NCBI GenBank assembly: GCA_965211905.1
Contig: CBDBTX010000002.1
Coordinates: 820,248 to 884,247 of the forward strand
DNA length: 64,000 bases
Direction: 5' to 3'
Source: Longimicrobiales bacterium
Lineage (GTDB): Bacteria > Gemmatimonadota > Gemmatimonadetes > Longimicrobiales > Gaopeijiaceae
Shown: positions 37,895-49,420 of the stretch, piece after piece
Layout: each line of letters begins with the position of its first letter
How positions within the stretch are numbered: position 1 is the stretch's first letter
Notes under the pieces: model-generated
Told to the model about the DNA's origin: nothing
Database searches by the model: none
The model's input: the letters and a program-made list of their open reading frames with translations, nothing else
Position numbers and translations under genes: made by a program

Positions 37895-38943
37895 TTGCTT
37901 TACGTTTCGACCGAATCGCCGCCTGCAGGGACGCTGCCCCACCCGGTGAGGAGATCGGCCGTTCCCGCATGGGGCGGCCGATTGTCGCGCACACGATCGG
38001 CGAGGGGCCGTTGCGCGTGAGCCTGGTGGCCGGTTGCCACGCGGACGAGCCCGTGGGGCCGCGCTTCCTGCAGCGTCTGGTGCGCTTTCTGTCGAGTGGG
38101 GATGGGGCCGGGATGCGGCGCGCCGCCACCTGGTCGATCATCCCCCACATCAACCCCGACGGTGCGGAGGCCAACGCCGCGTGGCAGACCCCGAAGGCGC
38201 CGCGCTACGACATCGCGGCCTATCTGCGCCACCGGGTCCGTGAACTCCCCGGCGACGACATCGAATTCGGCTTCCCGCGCGGCGAGGGGGATCGCGGCGC
38301 CCGCCCCGAAAACCGCGCCGCGTGGGAGTTCTGGCGAGCGGGCGCGCCGTACGATCTGCACGTCAGCATGCACGGAATGGGGGTCGCGGCCGGGCCGTAC
38401 TTCCTGGTCGACCGCTCGTGGTGGCCCCGGTGCGGCGAGATGGCCGCCGCCCTCGTCCGCGAGGTCGAGGCGGCCGGCTACGCGCTGCACGACGTGGAAC
38501 GGCACGGCGAAAAGGGGTTCCACCGCCTCGACCGCGGCTTCTGCAGCCGTCCCGACAGCCGCGCGATGCGGCGGCACTTCCTCGATCTTGGCGACCCCGA
38601 GACGGCCGCGCGATTCCGCCCCAGCTCGATGGAGGCGGTGCGGGCGCTCAGCGGCGACACTTTGACGCTCGTTACCGAGATGCCGCTCTTCATCACCCCG
38701 GGCGTGGGGGTCGAGCTCGGGCCGCCCGATCCCGTGTTGATGCGCTGGCGCGAGCGGATCGCGGAATGGGAGAGGCGGATCGGAAGCGTGGGCGATGGAT
38801 CCGATTCCGCCCGCGTCCGGGCGGCCGTGCTCGACGGAGCCCGAAAGGCCGGCCTCGCCGCAATGCCGGTCCGGGACCAGATGCGGTTCCAGTGGGCATT
38901 CATCCAGGCCGGATTGCGGGCAGTGGGGGCGGCGGCAGTCTGA
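37891..38943 (+). CDS. M14-family zinc carboxypeptidase / succinylglutamate desuccinylase-like protein
   Basis: ATG at 37891. GCHADEP (an HxxE zinc motif), IPHINPDG, and a later HMHG histidine. Confidence 0.6.
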   Translation: MFALRFDRIAACRDAAPPGEEIGRSRMGRPIVAHTIGEGPLRVSLVAGCHADEPVGPRFLQRLVRFLSSGDGAGMRRAATWSIIPHINPDGAEANAAWQTPKAPRYDIAAYLRHRVRELPGDDIEFGFPRGEGDRGARPENRAAWEFWRAGAPYDLHVSMHGMGVAAGPYFLVDRSWWPRCGEMAAALVREVEAAGYALHDVERHGEKGFHRLDRGFCSRPDSRAMRRHFLDLGDPETAARFRPSSMEAVRALSGDTLTLVTEMPLFITPGVGVELGPPDPVLMRWRERIAEWERRIGSVGDGSDSARVRAAVLDGARKAGLAAMPVRDQMRFQWAFIQAGLRAVGAAAV

Positions 38944-39056
38944 GCCGTGGCCTGGTGGCCCTCGTCACCCTATCTTTCCCGACAGTCGCCGGGGGCATCC
39001 CGCATCGTCAGGGTCGTGCACGCCGCGGGCACCGCACATGTCGTGGGGCCGCGCAC

Positions 39057-40961
<1,905 letters not shown>

Positions 40962-40966
40962 CCCTC

Positions 40967-42472
40967 TTGCGAGCCGTCGTCCCTCTGCTCGCGACCCCCG
41001 GGGCTTGCGTCTGCGTGGTCTGGCTGGCCGGATGCGCGGACGGCGCAACGGGCCCGACCGACCAAAGGGCGGAGCCGGTTCTGCCGGCCACCCCCACAGT
41101 CGCGTTCTCGAGCGGGTTTACAGGCGCGGCGGAGGGTGGCACTGCAGTGCTGAGGCTCGCGGTCGCCCCTTCGTCGGAAGCACCCATCGCTCTCGGCTAC
41201 TCGATCGGTGTGGACGGAGATAGCGGAACTGACGACGCGGACAGCGCGGACTACGTCGGTGAACCCCACGACACGGTGCGAATCAGCGCCGGCGACACGA
41301 CCGGCACCATCGCAATCGAGATCAGGGACGACAACGACATCGAGCCGGCGCGCGAGGTGCTGACCGTCACGCTGCACGCGCCCGCCGCAGGGGCCGGATT
41401 CGTTCTCGGTCCGCGCGACACGGCGGTCGTCCTGATCGAGGAGGGTGTGTGCGACCGCACACCCCGGATACAGGAGGAAATCCTGCGGGTAGCCGGCTTC
41501 GCCGACTGTCTGGAACCGAGTGGGGAGAACCTGGCCGCGATAGTCGACCTGGAGCTGTGCAATCGCGAGGAATGGCCCCGTTGCCAGCGCCAGGACGCGG
41601 TCATCCCCGAACTTCGTCAAGGCGATTTTCAGGGACTCTCCGGGCTTGAGCGGCTCACGCTGGCCGGTGTCGGGCTGGCGGACGTCCCCGACGGTGTCTT
41701 TTCGGACCTGGCCGGGCTGCAGACCCTGCGGCTGGAGAACAACCGGCTGGCCCTGCTCCCCGAACGTGTGTTCTCCGGATTGTCGAGCCTGGGCAGCCTG
41801 AGCCTTGCAGGCAACCGACTCACCGAATTGCCCGCGGGTGTGTTTTCACCTCTGTCCAGCCTCTGGTGGCTGGAATTGAGCCGGAATCCGATCAGGGAGC
41901 TTCCAGCCGGAGCTTTCAGCGGCCTCTTCAATCTCTCCGGCCTGGAGATCGTGAACAGCGAACTCGGGGAACTCCCGGCGGGGATGTTCATCGGCCTGTC
42001 GAAACTGCGCTCGCTGGACCTGCGGGCCAACCCCGGAACTCCCTTCGATCTGTCCCTGCAACTTGTACGCATTGACAATGAGGACCTCATGGCTACCGGC
42101 CCCGCGGAGATCGCCGCCCGCGCGGAGCAGGGCACACCTTTCCCGACGGAAGTCATCCTGTTCATCGAGGGAGCCGGCTCGTTGCGTGACACGCTCGACA
42201 TCGAGACCGGCCATGCAAGGAGCACGACGGTCACCGTCACGCGTGATTCGGCGCGCACGGAGGGTACGCGCATCACCGTGCGGTCCGTGTCGCGGGCGCC
42301 GGAGGATATCCTCGGCGTAGAGTTCAGGGTGGCGGATCCGATCGTGCTCTTCGCAGCGCCGTCCCCGGCGCGGTCGGTGAGTCCGGCGTCAGGTGCGGGA
42401 TCGCGCCACCGGGCTACATTGTCACCCCGGCCTTCGGAAAGCCGCTTGCCGCGTCTCCCGCCCGCGGGGTGA
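40967..42472 (+). CDS. Lipoprotein with a Calx-beta-like domain and leucine-rich repeats
   Basis: Putative TTG start and lipobox WLAGC. A Calx-beta-like segment (DYVGEPHDTVRISAGDTTGTIAIEIRDDNDIEPAREVLTVTL) is followed by L..L.L..N.L..LP.G.F LRR units. Confidence 0.65.
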   Translation: MRAVVPLLATPGACVCVVWLAGCADGATGPTDQRAEPVLPATPTVAFSSGFTGAAEGGTAVLRLAVAPSSEAPIALGYSIGVDGDSGTDDADSADYVGEPHDTVRISAGDTTGTIAIEIRDDNDIEPAREVLTVTLHAPAAGAGFVLGPRDTAVVLIEEGVCDRTPRIQEEILRVAGFADCLEPSGENLAAIVDLELCNREEWPRCQRQDAVIPELRQGDFQGLSGLERLTLAGVGLADVPDGVFSDLAGLQTLRLENNRLALLPERVFSGLSSLGSLSLAGNRLTELPAGVFSPLSSLWWLELSRNPIRELPAGAFSGLFNLSGLEIVNSELGELPAGMFIGLSKLRSLDLRANPGTPFDLSLQLVRIDNEDLMATGPAEIAARAEQGTPFPTEVILFIEGAGSLRDTLDIETGHARSTTVTVTRDSARTEGTRITVRSVSRAPEDILGVEFRVADPIVLFAAPSPARSVSPASGAGSRHRATLSPRPSESRLPRLPPAG

Positions 42473-42500
42473 GGATGCGGCTCATGGATTGGAGAAAGCG

Positions 42501-43841
42501 ATGAGCGAGCGTTCGAGAGTTCCGATGTCCATGCGAGTTGCCTGGCCTGCGTGGGCAGTGCTGCTGACATGTCTGTCGGCGTGCGGGCCCACGGGCATCG
42601 ATCCGGACGCCGACCTGGTGATCCACGGCGCCCGCCTCTGGGACGGGACCGGGGCGCCGATGAGCGAACCCATGGTCGTGCAGATCGCCGCCGGCCGGAT
42701 TCTGTCCACGGAACCCTTGTCGGCAGGCACCGATGTCGCGGAGCTGGCGGCGGCGGCCGGCGTCGCGGCGGTCGACGCGAGCGGGTTGTACATCATCCCC
42801 GGCCTGATCAACGCCCACGGACATGTGGGCGGCACCTGGAGCGTGGAGAGGGCCGGCACCTACGCCGAGTTTGCGGAGATGGAGCTGGCCCGCTACTCCC
42901 GCTTCGGGGTCACGAGCGTCAACAGCCTGGGAGGGGACCGCGAGCCTTCCTTCGCCCTGCGTGATGCGAGTTGGGGCGACGAGGGCCCGGCGCATGCACG
43001 GGTCCTGGTCGCGGGGCCGGTGGTGACGGGGACGACCCCGGAGGAGCTGACCCTGACGGTCGACGCCGTCGCCAGCACGGGTCCGGACTGGATCAAGATC
43101 CGCGTCGACGACAACCTCGGCACCTCCACCAAGATGGACCCCGCGTCGTACCGGGCCGTGATCGACAGGGCGCGCGCGCACGGCCTGCGCGTGGCCACGC
43201 ACCTCTTCTACCAGGAGGATGCGAAGGGCCTGCTGCGCGCCGGCACCGGGCTCGTCGCCCACAGCATCCGCGATGAAATGGTGGACGACGAGACGATCGG
43301 GCTGTTCCACGAGACCGGCGTCTGCTACGTGCCGACGCTGACGCGCGAGGTGTCCACGTTCGCCTACGGAGAGCGGCCCGGCTTCTTCGACGACCTGTTC
43401 CTCACCTCGGACGTGGACTCGGTGCAGGTGGAGGTCGTCAGCGACCCCGCGCGCCAGGCCCTGATCGCGGCGTCGGGAGCCGCCGAAGCCTATGGCCGCG
43501 CGCTCGAGATCGCGCTGGCCAATCTGGCGCGGCTCGTCGAGGCGGGCGTCCCGATCGCATTCGGCACCGATTCGGGCCCGATGGGACGCTTCCAGGGCTA
43601 CTTCGAGCACATGGAGGCCGAGCTGATGGCCGAGGCGGGACTCTCGGCAGAGCAGATCCTTCGTTCGGCGACCGCGGTGGCGGCGGATTGTCTCGGGCGG
43701 GACGACATCGGGACGCTGGAGGAGGGCCGCCGCGCGGACCTGGTCCTGCTGCGGGCCAATCCGCTGGACGATGTCCGGAATCTGCGGGAGATCGAGGGCG
43801 TGTGGATCGGCGGCGAGAGGGTCGAGGGATCGAGGAAGTAG
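42501..43841 (+). CDS. Amidohydrolase-family lipoprotein
   Basis: Lipobox LSAC. INAHGHVGG metal-binding HxH, and a C-terminal FGTDSG and ADLVLL motif. Confidence 0.8.
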   Translation: MSERSRVPMSMRVAWPAWAVLLTCLSACGPTGIDPDADLVIHGARLWDGTGAPMSEPMVVQIAAGRILSTEPLSAGTDVAELAAAAGVAAVDASGLYIIPGLINAHGHVGGTWSVERAGTYAEFAEMELARYSRFGVTSVNSLGGDREPSFALRDASWGDEGPAHARVLVAGPVVTGTTPEELTLTVDAVASTGPDWIKIRVDDNLGTSTKMDPASYRAVIDRARAHGLRVATHLFYQEDAKGLLRAGTGLVAHSIRDEMVDDETIGLFHETGVCYVPTLTREVSTFAYGERPGFFDDLFLTSDVDSVQVEVVSDPARQALIAASGAAEAYGRALEIALANLARLVEAGVPIAFGTDSGPMGRFQGYFEHMEAELMAEAGLSAEQILRSATAVAADCLGRDDIGTLEEGRRADLVLLRANPLDDVRNLREIEGVWIGGERVEGSRK

Positions 43842-44698
43842 TGTTGGGAACGGCCCGCCACGGCCAGCGGGACGGAGAGGCGCAGGCCCCTGCGGTCCTT
43901 CGGCTGCACGATCTCACCCTCCGCTTCGGCGGAGTCACCGCGCTGGCGGGCCTGTCCATGGAGGTGCGGCGCGGCGAGCTCCTCGCCCTGATCGGCCCGA
44001 ACGGAGCGGGGAAGACGAGCGTTCTGAACTGCGTGTCGGGGCTGTACCGGGCGCAGGAGGGCACGATCACGCTCACCGCGCGCGACGGCGCCGGCCACGC
44101 CATCCACCGCCTGCCGCCGCATCGGATCGCGGCGCTGGGCGTGGCGCGCACCTTCCAGAACATCGAGCTCTTCAAGCACATGACCGTGCTGGAGAACCTC
44201 ATGCTGGGCCGCCATGTGCACATGCGCGGAGGCGTGCTGAGCGGAGGTCTCTACCTGGGCCGCCAGCGCCGCCGCGAGATCGAGCACCGGCGCCATGTCG
44301 AGGAGGTCATCGACTTCATGAATCTCGAGCCGCTGCGAGGTGCCGAGGTCGGCAACCTCGCGTACGGGAACCAGCGGCTCGTGGAGATGGCCCGCGCGCT
44401 CGCTCTCGACCCCGCAATCCTCCTGCTTGACGAGCCCACCGCCGGGATGAACGCGGAAGAGAAGGAGTCGATGGCGCGCTTCATCCTCGATGTGCACGAA
44501 GAGCGCGGTATCACGGTCGTGGTGATCGACCACGACATCGACGTGATCATGGACATCTCGGACCGGGTGGTGGTCCTCGACTTCGGGCGCAGGATCGCGG
44601 AGGGGACGCCGGACGAGGTGAGGAGCGATCCCGCCGTGATCGACGCGTACCTGGGGCATGCACGCGAGGAGGGCGCGGCGGTGGGGGCCGGGACGTGA
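43841..44698 (+). CDS. livG: Branched-chain-type ABC transporter ATP-binding protein (LivG-like)
   Basis: GTG at 43841. Walker A GPNGAGKTS, LAYGNQRLVEMARAL signature, Walker B LLLDEPTAGMN, and a LivG-type C-terminal motif. Confidence 0.85.
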   Translation: MLGTARHGQRDGEAQAPAVLRLHDLTLRFGGVTALAGLSMEVRRGELLALIGPNGAGKTSVLNCVSGLYRAQEGTITLTARDGAGHAIHRLPPHRIAALGVARTFQNIELFKHMTVLENLMLGRHVHMRGGVLSGGLYLGRQRRREIEHRRHVEEVIDFMNLEPLRGAEVGNLAYGNQRLVEMARALALDPAILLLDEPTAGMNAEEKESMARFILDVHEERGITVVVIDHDIDVIMDISDRVVVLDFGRRIAEGTPDEVRSDPAVIDAYLGHAREEGAAVGAGT

Positions 44699-44732
44699 GC
44701 AGCCGGCCGGAGCCGACCACGGGAGCCGGGGC

Positions 44733-46664
44733 GTGAGTGCCGGGCACGAGGCCGCGCCCGGCGCCCGCCACCCGGCGGCCACCCTGCCGGGCCTGCTCGC
44801 CCGGCGGGCAGCGGACACCCCGGACAGCGTCGCCCTCCGGGAGAAGGAGTTCGGAATCTGGCAGGAGATGACCTGGGCCGAGTACATGGCCCGGGTACGG
44901 GTGTTTGCGCTCGGGCTGCTCGAACTCGGGATGGAGGAAGGCGACCGCATCGCAATCATCGGGGACAATCGACCCGAGTGGGTGATCGCCGAACTCGCGG
45001 CCCAGTCGATCGGAGCGCTCCCGCTGGGGCTGTACCAGGACTCGATCTCCGAAGAGCTGGCGAAGATGCTCGAGGCTGCCGACGCGCGAGTGATCGTTGC
45101 CGAGGACCAGGAGCAGGTGGACAAGGTGCTCGAAGTGCGCGACCGGGTGCCGGAGCTGCGGGTCACCGTCTACTACGACCCGCGTGGAATGTACGGCTAC
45201 GAAGCGCCCGGGCTGATGGCATTCGAGGAGGTCGAAGCCCTTGGCGCCGGTCGCGGTGAGAGATTCCCGGCAGAATTTGACCAACGACTCGCCGAAGTCC
45301 GCCCCGGCGACACCGCGCTCCTCTGCACGACCTCGGGGACGACCAGCATCCCCAAGCTCGCCATGCTCTCGCACGCCAACCTCCTCGCCATGGCGGCGCA
45401 GCTGGCCGAGGTGGACCCGATGGACCCCTGCGACGAGTTCGTCTCGTTCCTGCCGATGGCGTGGATCGGGGAGCAGATGGTCGGTGTGGCGAGCGCGCTG
45501 CTGGCCGGCTTCACGGTGAACTTCCCCGAAGAGACCGCCACCGTGCGCCAGGACATGCGCGAGATCGGCCCGGCCTTCCTGATGTCGCCGCCGCGCATCT
45601 GGGAGAACATGGTGTCGGACGTGCAGGTCATGGCCGAGGACACCACGCCGCTCAAGCGCTGGATCTACCGCTGGGCGATGAAGGCGGGCACGGTCGCCGC
45701 CGACCGACGGTCCAACGGCAAGCGCCCGGGGCTGCTCGTCCGCCTTCGCCACCGCCTCGCCGACTGGACCGTCCTCCACCCGATCCGCGATCAGCTCGGC
45801 CTCGACAGGGTGCGGCGCGCCTACACCGGCGGTGCGGCCCTCGGCCCCGACGTCTTCCGCTTCTTTCACGCCATCGGCGTCAACCTGAAGCAGCTGTACG
45901 GCCAGACCGAGGTCTCGGGGATCTCGGTGGTCCACCGTGACGGCGACATCCGCTTCCACACCGTGGGCACCCCGTTTCCGCAGACCGAGATCCGCATCTC
46001 CGACGAGGGCGAGATCCTCTGCCGCAGCCCCGCCGTCTTCCAGGGCTACTTCAGCAACCCCGAGGCGACGGCCGAGACGCTCGAGGACGGCTGGCTGCAC
46101 TCGGGCGACGCCGGCTACTTCGAGGAGGACGGCCACCTGGTCGTCATCGACCGGCTTGCCGACGTGATGAAGCTGGCCGACGGGACCGCCTTCTCGCCCC
46201 AGTTCGTCGAGAACAAGCTCAAGTTCAGCCCGTACGTCCGCGAGGCCGTGGTCTTCGGGGGCGGCGGCGCCCCGTTCGTCACCACAATGATCGCGATCGA
46301 CATGGAGAACGCGGGCCAGTGGGCCGAGCGCCACCGCATTCCGTACACCACCTTCACCGACCTTGCCCGCCGCGCCGAGGTCTACCGCCTCATTCGCAGC
46401 CATGTCGGCACCGTCAACCAGGACCTGCCCCCGGCCGCCCGCATCCGCCGCTTCCTCCTCCTCCACAAGGAGCTGCACGCCGACGACGCCGAGCTGACGC
46501 GCACGCGCAAGGTCCGCCGCCGCTACATCGCCGACCGCTTCGCCGACATTATCGCGGCGCTTCAGGGAGACGGCGATTCGGTCACCGTAGAAACCGAGAT
46601 CACCTACCAGGACGGGCGCACGGCCGAAGTGGCGCACGAACTCCGCATCGAGACGCTGGACTGA
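44733..46664 (+). CDS. AMP-dependent synthetase / long-chain acyl-CoA ligase embedded in the ABC operon
   Basis: LCTTSGTTSIPKLAML AMP-binding motif, YGQTE, and GWLHSGDAGYFEEDGHLVVIDRLAD. Confidence 0.85.
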   Translation: MSAGHEAAPGARHPAATLPGLLARRAADTPDSVALREKEFGIWQEMTWAEYMARVRVFALGLLELGMEEGDRIAIIGDNRPEWVIAELAAQSIGALPLGLYQDSISEELAKMLEAADARVIVAEDQEQVDKVLEVRDRVPELRVTVYYDPRGMYGYEAPGLMAFEEVEALGAGRGERFPAEFDQRLAEVRPGDTALLCTTSGTTSIPKLAMLSHANLLAMAAQLAEVDPMDPCDEFVSFLPMAWIGEQMVGVASALLAGFTVNFPEETATVRQDMREIGPAFLMSPPRIWENMVSDVQVMAEDTTPLKRWIYRWAMKAGTVAADRRSNGKRPGLLVRLRHRLADWTVLHPIRDQLGLDRVRRAYTGGAALGPDVFRFFHAIGVNLKQLYGQTEVSGISVVHRDGDIRFHTVGTPFPQTEIRISDEGEILCRSPAVFQGYFSNPEATAETLEDGWLHSGDAGYFEEDGHLVVIDRLADVMKLADGTAFSPQFVENKLKFSPYVREAVVFGGGGAPFVTTMIAIDMENAGQWAERHRIPYTTFTDLARRAEVYRLIRSHVGTVNQDLPPAARIRRFLLLHKELHADDAELTRTRKVRRRYIADRFADIIAALQGDGDSVTVETEITYQDGRTAEVAHELRIETLD

Positions 46665-46728
46665 GCCCATGGCAGCACCGAGCCCGCAGCGCGACCGGCG
46701 ACGCCGGGCGACACCGAGCCGCTAGCCC

Positions 46729-47601
46729 ATGGACGTCTTCCTCCAGCTCACGGTCTCCGGCCTCAGTACCGGCATGATCTATGCCCTGGCCGCCGCGGGC
46801 TTCGTCGTCATCTACAAGGCGAGCGATGTAATAAACTTCGCTCAGGGCGACTTTCTGCTCTTCGGCACCTATCTCATCTTTTTCGCGGTCGTTCAGATTG
46901 GGCTGCCGTGGAGCCTCGGGGTGCTCGTTACGGTGCTGCTGGCGGTCGTCCTGGCGCTCGCCGTCGAACGCCTGGTGCTGCGCCCGCTGATCGGCGAGCC
47001 CATCATCTCGATGATCATGGTCACGATCGGGCTTTCGTCGATCCTCCGCGCGGCCGTCAACGCGATCTGGGGTCCACAGCCGCGTTCCTTCGAGTCGTTC
47101 CTGCCCACGGGAGACTTCGTGATCGGGCCGGCGGTGCTGTCGTCCGGGCGGTTACTGTCGATCCCGATAGCCCTCGCGGTACTGGCCGCGCTGTGGCTCT
47201 TCTTCCGCCACACCCGCGACGGGATTGCGATGCGGGCCATCGCCGACGACCAGCAGGCGGCCCTGAGCATGGGCATCAGCATCCCCCGCGTCTTCGGAGT
47301 GGCCTGGGGACTAGCGGCGGCGTCGGCAGCGATCGCAGGGATCATGCTCGCGGGCATCGTGGGCGTCAGTCCGAACGTGGCGGCGATCGGACTCAGGGTC
47401 TTCCCGGTCGTCATCCTGGGGGGACTCGATTCGATCCGGGGGGCGGTGATCGGCGGCGCGATCATCGGTCTGCTGGAGGTCTACACCGGCGGGTACGCGG
47501 GTCACGGGCTCAGCCTCGTGGTGCCGTACGTCGTCCTCGTTCTGGTGCTGATGGTCCGCCCCTACGGCCTCTTCGGCAAGGAGATCATCGAACGCGTATG
47601 A
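46729..47601 (+). CDS. livH: Branched-chain-type ABC permease (LivH-like)
   Basis: 290 aa and multi-TM. N-terminal QLTVSGLSTGMIYALAAAGFVVIY is typical of LivH. Confidence 0.88.
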   Translation: MDVFLQLTVSGLSTGMIYALAAAGFVVIYKASDVINFAQGDFLLFGTYLIFFAVVQIGLPWSLGVLVTVLLAVVLALAVERLVLRPLIGEPIISMIMVTIGLSSILRAAVNAIWGPQPRSFESFLPTGDFVIGPAVLSSGRLLSIPIALAVLAALWLFFRHTRDGIAMRAIADDQQAALSMGISIPRVFGVAWGLAAASAAIAGIMLAGIVGVSPNVAAIGLRVFPVVILGGLDSIRGAVIGGAIIGLLEVYTGGYAGHGLSLVVPYVVLVLVLMVRPYGLFGKEIIERV

Positions 47602-47608
47602 GCGAGTC

Positions 47609-48667
47609 ATGAGCCTCGAGTGCGGCGTCTTCCACACCCGCTACGAGTCCGATATGGGACTGCGGCCGTGGCCCATGCAGCGGATCCGGCTGGCTCTGTT
47701 CGCCGTCTTCGTGCTCGTCTTCCCGTTCGTGGCCGGCCCGTACTGGCTCGACCTGGCCAACCAGATCGCCATCGCGACCGTGGGCGCGATCGGCCTGAAC
47801 ATCCTGGTGGGCTACACCGGCCAGATCTCGCTGGGACAGGGCGCCTTCATGGCCATCGGGGCGTACACCGCGGGGCTTCTCACGCTCAACTTCGGCCTGC
47901 CGTGGGGTGTGAGCATCGCGGCGGCGTGCGTGGTGACCTCTCTGGCGGGCACCTTCTTCGGGCTGCCCTCGCTGCGGCTCAAGGGACTGTACCTCGCGAT
48001 CGCCACGCTGGCCGCGCAGGAGATCGTGGAGTGGGGGATGACCCACTGGACGGCGGTGACCGGGGGCACCGAAGCGATCATCCTCCCGGCACCGACCCTC
48101 TTCGGCGTGCGCCTCAACAGCACCTTCGCCTTCTACTGGTTCGGTGTGCTGATGGCGGCGGGCACGGCGCTCTTCGCGGCCAACCTCTTCCGCACGCGCA
48201 TGGGGCGCGCCTTCGTGGCGGTGCGCGACCAGGACATCGCGGCCAGCGTGATCGGCGTGAACCTCTTCCGCACCAAGCTGCTCGCGTTCGCCACCTCGTC
48301 GTTCTTCGTCGGCCTGGCGGGCGCGATGATCGCGTACTATCGCACCATCATCACCTGGGAGCGCTTCACGCTGGACACGAGCATCGTCTACCTGGCCATG
48401 ATCATCGTCGGTGGACTCGGCTCGATCCGCGGGTCGTTCTTCGGCGCGATGCTGATCACGCTGCTGCCGGCGCTGATCACCAACGCGGGGCGCGCTCTGC
48501 AGGACACCGCCCCGGTGGTCGCCAACCTGCTCCCGTACGCGCAACAGGCCGTCTTCGGCCTCGTAATCATCCTCTTCCTGATCTTTGAGCCCAAGGGCCT
48601 GTCAAAGCTGTGGGGCAACGTGAAGGACTATTTTCACGTGTGGCCGTTCGCGTACCGGCGGGGGTGA
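47609..48667 (+). CDS. livM: Branched-chain-type ABC permease (LivM-like)
   Basis: 352 aa and multi-TM. GYTGQISLGQGAFMAIGAY motif. Confidence 0.88.
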   Translation: MSLECGVFHTRYESDMGLRPWPMQRIRLALFAVFVLVFPFVAGPYWLDLANQIAIATVGAIGLNILVGYTGQISLGQGAFMAIGAYTAGLLTLNFGLPWGVSIAAACVVTSLAGTFFGLPSLRLKGLYLAIATLAAQEIVEWGMTHWTAVTGGTEAIILPAPTLFGVRLNSTFAFYWFGVLMAAGTALFAANLFRTRMGRAFVAVRDQDIAASVIGVNLFRTKLLAFATSSFFVGLAGAMIAYYRTIITWERFTLDTSIVYLAMIIVGGLGSIRGSFFGAMLITLLPALITNAGRALQDTAPVVANLLPYAQQAVFGLVIILFLIFEPKGLSKLWGNVKDYFHVWPFAYRRG

Positions 48668-49109
48668 ACGCCGAGCGCCCGTGAACGGTGCTGGCGCGGG
48701 AGCGCTGTCTGCTTGACACGACTCCAGCGGAAATTCATACTTTACGGCCACGCGCATCTGCGCAATCAAGTGGGCTTATCCGCGGGGAACCTTCCCGCCT
48801 CCCATGACCGCTCCACTCGGAGCGAGGACAATCGTTCCGGCTCGGTCATGTGGGGAGAATCCGATCCATGTCCGGGCATTGCCCACACCCTCAAGAGGGC
48901 CCCGCTGTGGCGGGGCACATGGATTCTTGATCCGGTCAGTCACTGGGTCTGGGATCGCACTGCAGGACGTCTCGACGAATCCAGGCGACAATGGTGCCAG
49001 GGCGCTGGACGGATTGTTGGCAGGTGCGGTCATCTCGTTGGGGGAGGTGAGGCGATAGAACCGCCGATCGGCGAAGAACCCACTTCCAGAAGAAAGGAAC
49101 GCGAGTCCG

Positions 49110-49406
49110 ATGAAATACATTCGTCCATGGAGAACGGTGCTCATCCCCACTCTCACCCTCGTCGTCGCCGCGTGCGGCGACCTTACCGGAGAGTCCGGGT
49201 GGCGCTGCGACGTGACCCTCACGATGGACAACCGGACCGGGTCCGGCTCAGGGACGGGTTCCACGCAACAGGAGGCGCTTGACCAGGCGCGTTCTGCGGC
49301 CTGCGCCCAACTCGGGCTCACCGGAGAGGCGCTTAGCCGCTGCCAGGCTGGGCAGAATCCGGGTGCGTTGTCGTGGTCGATGGACATCGATTGCGAGACG
49401 ACGTAG
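49110..49406 (+). CDS. Small Cys-containing lipoprotein, hypothetical
   Basis: AAGGAA RBS, signal peptide with lipobox VVAAC, 98 aa. Confidence 0.55.
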   Translation: MKYIRPWRTVLIPTLTLVVAACGDLTGESGWRCDVTLTMDNRTGSGSGTGSTQQEALDQARSAACAQLGLTGEALSRCQAGQNPGALSWSMDIDCETT

Positions 49407-49420
49407 CGGCAGGCGCTAAC

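Noticed and set aside
48713-49109. ORFs 48713..49282 and 48804..49058 in the leader of the surface-protein block
   Set aside because: No RBS or motifs. The larger ORF runs into the well-supported lipoprotein gene. The region is more likely a 5' UTR or regulatory leader.
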